Of a DNA stretch of 64,000 nt, positions 63,468 through 64,000 are shown piece by piece. The notes below the pieces were generated by a model that had not been told where the DNA came from, made no database searches, and saw nothing but the letters and a program-made list of their open reading frames with translations. The position numbers were made by a program, and so were the translations under genes. The DNA comes from Squalus acanthias (taxonomy: Eukaryota): assembly GCA_030390025.1 (NCBI GenBank), contig JASTWF010000340.1, positions 434,001-498,000 on the forward strand, in the 5' to 3' direction. Position 1 is the stretch's first letter. Every line of letters begins with the position of its first letter.

Positions 63468-64000
63468 TAAGAACATAAGAATGTAAGAAATAGGAGCAGG
63501 AGTAGGCCATTCGACCCTTGAGCCTGCTCCGGATTCAATGAGACCATGGCTGTATTTCTGCCTCAATTCCTTTCACCGGCCTTATCTCGATATCCCTTGA
63601 TGCCCTTACTAGGCAGAAATCTATTGACTTCTGTTTTGAATATTCCCACTGACTGAGCCTCCAAGCCCTCTGGGGTAGAGAATTCCAAAGATTCACCACA
63701 CTCTGTGTGAAGAAATGTCTTTATTAGAGTTAGATATATTTCTTAAGTCTAAGGGGATCAAGGGATATGGGGAGAAAGCAGGGACAGGGTACTGAATTTG
63801 GATGATCAGCCATGATCGCATTGAATGGCGGAGCAGGCTCGAGGGGCCGAATTGCCTACTCCTGCTCCTATCTTCCATGTTTCTACGTTTCTATGCTTCT
63901 CATCTCAGTCCTGAATGGCCTACCCTTTATCATGAAGCTGTGGCCCCTGGTTCTACACTCCCCAGCCAAGGGAAACATTCTCCCAGCATCCAACCTATCA
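63468..64000 (-). mobile_element. CR1 3' end (minus) with a short plus-strand CR1 3' end inserted at about 63725-63895
   Basis: AAGAACATAAGAATGTAAGAAATAGGAGCAGG terminus. Breaks after GAAGAAATGTCT and resumes CTTCTCATCTCAGTCC. Confidence 0.88.

Overview
This is vertebrate genomic DNA, almost certainly from a shark or other cartilaginous fish, judged from the CR1/L2/RTE/DeuSINE repertoire and the 67-bp satellite. About 90% is repeat: roughly 30 kb of tandem arrays (units of 27, 30, 32, 33, 40, 47, 51, 52, 67, 75 and 85 bp), many decayed and often nested CR1 LINEs, and RTE, L2, SINE, Penelope-like and Harbinger relics. Two host-gene signals are missed by the ORF track. The first is a pair of PEX5 exons (115-246 and 9022-9129) separated by an 8.7-kb minisatellite-filled intron; one exon has a premature stop and the other a frameshift, so this looks like an unprocessed PEX5 pseudogene fragment. 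The second is an apparently intact two-exon GPR139/GPR142-related class A GPCR (42539-42719 joined to 59401-60302, 360 aa, 16.7-kb intron). Several arrays are notable: one is built from the CR1 reverse-transcriptase motif 'SGVPQGSVLG', one from the inside of a DeuSINE, one repeats a nuclear-receptor IR1 palindrome in about 290 units, and one repeats a YY1 motif just after the GPCR stop codon. A promoter/exon-like module of unknown identity is present three times. All family assignments are from recognition by eye, not database searches, and repeat boundaries are approximate.
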